Below are positions 25,801 to 27,882 of a stretch of 27,882 nt of DNA, one piece after another (position 1 is the first letter of the stretch; each line of letters begins with the position of its first letter). Source of the stretch: a virus (Duplodnaviria; Heunggongvirae; Uroviricota; Caudoviricetes); IMG/VR virus record IMGVR_UViG_2698536647_000011, positions 1-27,882 of that record. The stretch is one strand, 5' to 3'. Position numbers and translations under genes: made by a program. The notes beneath the pieces were generated by a model. That model was not told the origin of the DNA. It searched no databases and saw only the letters and a program-made list of their open reading frames with translations.

Positions 25801-26238
25801 GGTTTTGACGAGGAGACGGGCTTGGAAGTTCGTGTGCGCCCTGACCTTGAGATCGACCTGGATGGCGTGCGTATAGGTGCAGACCTGAAAACCATCAGCA
25901 TGTGGAATGTTAAGCAGGAAAGCCTGCGCGCCAGGCTACACCGGGAAATTATTGAACGTGATTATCACCTGAGCGCGGCTATGTACTGCGAAACCGCAGC
26001 GCTGGATCAGTTCTTCTGGATTTTCGTCAACAAAGACGAGAACTACCACTGGATCGCCATCATCGAGGCATCCGCTGAACTACTGGAGCTGGGTATGCTC
26101 GAGTACCGCAAAGCGATGCGCAATATCGCAACCGGATTCGACACAGGTGAATGGCCAGCGCCAATCACTGCTGACTACACCGACGAACTGAACGACTTCG
26201 ACCTGCGCCGCCTTGAAGCGCTGCGTACTCAGGCATAA
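22849..26238 (+). CDS. recE: RecE-like exonuclease VIII (1129 aa) with C-terminal PD-(D/E)xK nuclease domain carrying a tandem-repeat insertion
   Basis: N-terminal ...[10 protein letters not shown]...[24 protein letters not shown]... and ...[37 protein letters not shown]..., C-terminal ...[19 protein letters not shown]..., ...[10 protein letters not shown]...IGADLKT... match Rac RecE segments from memory. Confidence 0.85.
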   Translation: [1129 protein letters not shown]

Positions 26239-26249
26239 GGGGAATGATG

Positions 26250-27362
26250 ATGGAAAACACGAATATCGTAACCGCTGAACAGCAGACTCCAAACACGATC
26301 TCAGCCAGCAATGCCATTTTCAACGTGCAGGCTTTAACCCAGCTTCAGTCTGTCGCCGGGTTGATGGCACAGGCAGCCGTAACGGTGCCTGAGCACCTCC
26401 GCGGCAATCCGGCAGACTGCATGGCCATCATCATGCAGGCGATGCAGTGGGGTATGAACCCTTACGCCGTGGCGCAAAAGACGCACCTGGTTAACGGTGT
26501 CCTGGGATACGAAGCGCAACTGGTTAATGCGGTGATCTCCAGCTCAAACGCCATCGTTGGCCGCTTTCACTATGAGTACGAGGGCGACTGGTCGAAATGT
26601 GCCAGCAGCCGCGAGATAACCGTTAAAAAGCCTGCGAAAGGTGGCGGGACGTACGACAAGAAAGAAATGGTACGCGGTTGGGAAAGTGCTGATGAACAAG
26701 GACTGTCGGTACGGGTAGGTGCCGTTATTCGCGGTGAAAGTGATATCACCTGGGGAGAGCCTGTTTTCCTCTCCAGCGTAATCACACGTAATTCTCCACT
26801 TTGGGTATCAAACCCGAAACAGCAGATCGCTTATCTGGCACTCAAATACTGGGCGCGCCTATATTGCCCTGCAGTTGTTCTTGGTGTGTACACCCCTGAT
26901 GAGATTGAACAGCGCACAGAAAAAGAGATCAACCCAACGCCGCAACGCGTTAGCCTGGCTGATATCTCAGGTGACACCGTCACAACCACGCAAAGCGCAC
27001 AGGAATCGTCGGTAAATGTCGACTCTCTTGCCGATGATTTCCGCGAACGCATCGAATCTGCTCAGGACGTGGATAGCGCCAAATCGCTGCGTGCCGACAT
27101 TGAAACGGCGAAAGCTACGCTGGGATCCGCACTATTCACCGAGCTGAAAAACAAAGCCGTAAAGCGTTATTACCTAGTGGATGCACGCAACAAGGTTGAG
27201 GAGGCTATTAAATCCCTGCCCCAGCCCGACGAGCCGCATGCAGCCGAACGGTTCGCTGAAGCCGAGCGCATGCTTGCATCTTCAAAGCGTCACTTAGGCG
27301 ATGAACTGCACGATCAATTCAGCATCACCCTGGCGGATATGAAACCGGAATACGTGGCCTGA
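26250..27362 (+). CDS. Single-strand annealing protein (Bet/RecT family), partner of RecE
   Basis: ...CMAIIMQAMQWGMNPYA... and ...NPKQQIAYLALKYWARLYCPAVVLGVYTPDE... parallel lambda Bet (...FIALLIVANQYGLNPWT..., ...HPKRMLRHKAMIQCARLAF...); third of three tandem ATGs has best RBS spacing. Confidence 0.8.
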   Translation: MENTNIVTAEQQTPNTISASNAIFNVQALTQLQSVAGLMAQAAVTVPEHLRGNPADCMAIIMQAMQWGMNPYAVAQKTHLVNGVLGYEAQLVNAVISSSNAIVGRFHYEYEGDWSKCASSREITVKKPAKGGGTYDKKEMVRGWESADEQGLSVRVGAVIRGESDITWGEPVFLSSVITRNSPLWVSNPKQQIAYLALKYWARLYCPAVVLGVYTPDEIEQRTEKEINPTPQRVSLADISGDTVTTTQSAQESSVNVDSLADDFRERIESAQDVDSAKSLRADIETAKATLGSALFTELKNKAVKRYYLVDARNKVEEAIKSLPQPDEPHAAERFAEAERMLASSKRHLGDELHDQFSITLADMKPEYVA

Positions 27363-27400
27363 CGAGACCGGGAGGGGTAACCCTCCCTCAAGGAGATTAT

Positions 27401-27643
27401 ATGCGACTGATCAATCGAGGAAGTAAGCAATCACCTTTAGCTCGCCAAGCATGCGACATCGCGCTGGCAGCTCACTTGCAAACATATGGCGACTATGGGC
27501 GAAGCAAGATGAAAGAGACTTATACGGTGAAGGTTGAAGGCGTGAAAGTCTGGGTGGAGGTGGTGAACCGAAAGGCGAGCTACGTGGCCACGGCGATGAC
27601 AGGCATGCGCCGTCTCCGCTCCCTGCCCGGGCAGGTTGGTTGA
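27401..27643 (+). CDS. Hypothetical protein (80 aa)
   Basis: Strong RBS AAGGAG 5 nt upstream. Confidence 0.5.
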   Translation: MRLINRGSKQSPLARQACDIALAAHLQTYGDYGRSKMKETYTVKVEGVKVWVEVVNRKASYVATAMTGMRRLRSLPGQVG

Positions 27644-27684
27644 AAAAGATTTTGAATGGCCCGAACGGGCAACTGGAGAGAGCT

Positions 27685-27882
27685 ATGGATGATATTTTGG
27701 TAACGTCAGACCTGACCAGTCGCTACAAAATTTCACGCAAAACCCTTTGGTCATGGCAAAGTGCAGACACAATGCCTCGGGGCTTCGTATGCCCGTTCCC
27801 ACCCCCTGACTGGCCCGGCAACCCTAACCGCTGGCGCTTTGAGTCAATCAAAGAGTGGGAGGATAAAAAGAAGATAAATTAA
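27685..27882 (+). CDS. AlpA/Xis-like small DNA-binding protein (putative excisionase or regulator), 65 aa
   Basis: ...RYKISRKTLWSWQSADTMPRGFVCPFPPPDWPGNPNRWRFESIKEWEDKK... fits the AlpA-family pattern; ATG 27685 with GGAGAG RBS; stop at window end. Confidence 0.5.
   Translation: MDDILVTSDLTSRYKISRKTLWSWQSADTMPRGFVCPFPPPDWPGNPNRWRFESIKEWEDKKKIN

Larger units (their letters stand above)
1..27882. mobile_element. Lambda-like prophage segment; late/head genes and early-right operon on - strand, cI and early-left operon on + strand
   Basis: Co-linear lambda-type modules: D-C/Nu3-B-W-A-Nu1, cos, S-R-Rz/Rz1, Q, NinG/NinB, O plus DnaC-like loader, cro-like/cI divergent pair with operators, RecE-like plus annealing protein. 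Both mature genome ends (cos) lie inside the window. Confidence 0.9.

Noticed and set aside
1-27882. CRISPR arrays, insertion sequences or transposase genes
   Set aside because: No regularly spaced direct repeats and no transposase-like ORF or terminal inverted repeats seen; gene order is fully explained as phage modules.

Overview
This window is a lambda-like (lambdoid) prophage segment, read with the phage map inverted relative to window coordinates. Calls rest on reading the supplied ORF translations against remembered lambda, phage 21 and Rac proteins; no database search was run. On the - strand, from low to high coordinates: head and packaging genes D, C (with nested Nu3), B, W, A and Nu1 (1-5904); a lambda-type cos site with cosN near 6080-6091; an accessory island between cos and the lysis genes (6150-8144); a phage-21-type lysis cassette of holin, SAR endolysin and Rz/Rz1 (8358-9656); a second accessory island between Q and the holin (9886-10585); a Q-family antiterminator with tandem terminators (10941-11634); a nin region with NinG, NinE-like and NinB genes and a methyltransferase remnant (11747-16119); and replication genes (DnaC-like loader, O-like initiator with internal iteron origin) followed by YdaT-like and Cro-like genes (16457-19065). 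On the + strand: a cleavable CI repressor flanked by TTTAGC-N5-GCTAAA operators, then a roughly 700 bp stretch with no ORF of 60 codons or more in the expected sense direction where an N gene would sit, small early-left genes, a 1129-aa RecE-like exonuclease, a Bet/RecT-family annealing protein and an AlpA/Xis-like gene at the window end. No tRNA, rRNA, CRISPR array or transposase was seen. The strongest candidates for something new are the ORF-free structured leader downstream of pL (20030-20753), an AT-rich gene whose product carries an RNDLAH (HEPN-type Rx4H) motif (7264-7878), and the unassignable convergent gene pair between Q and the holin (9886-10585); none can be assigned a function from sequence alone.
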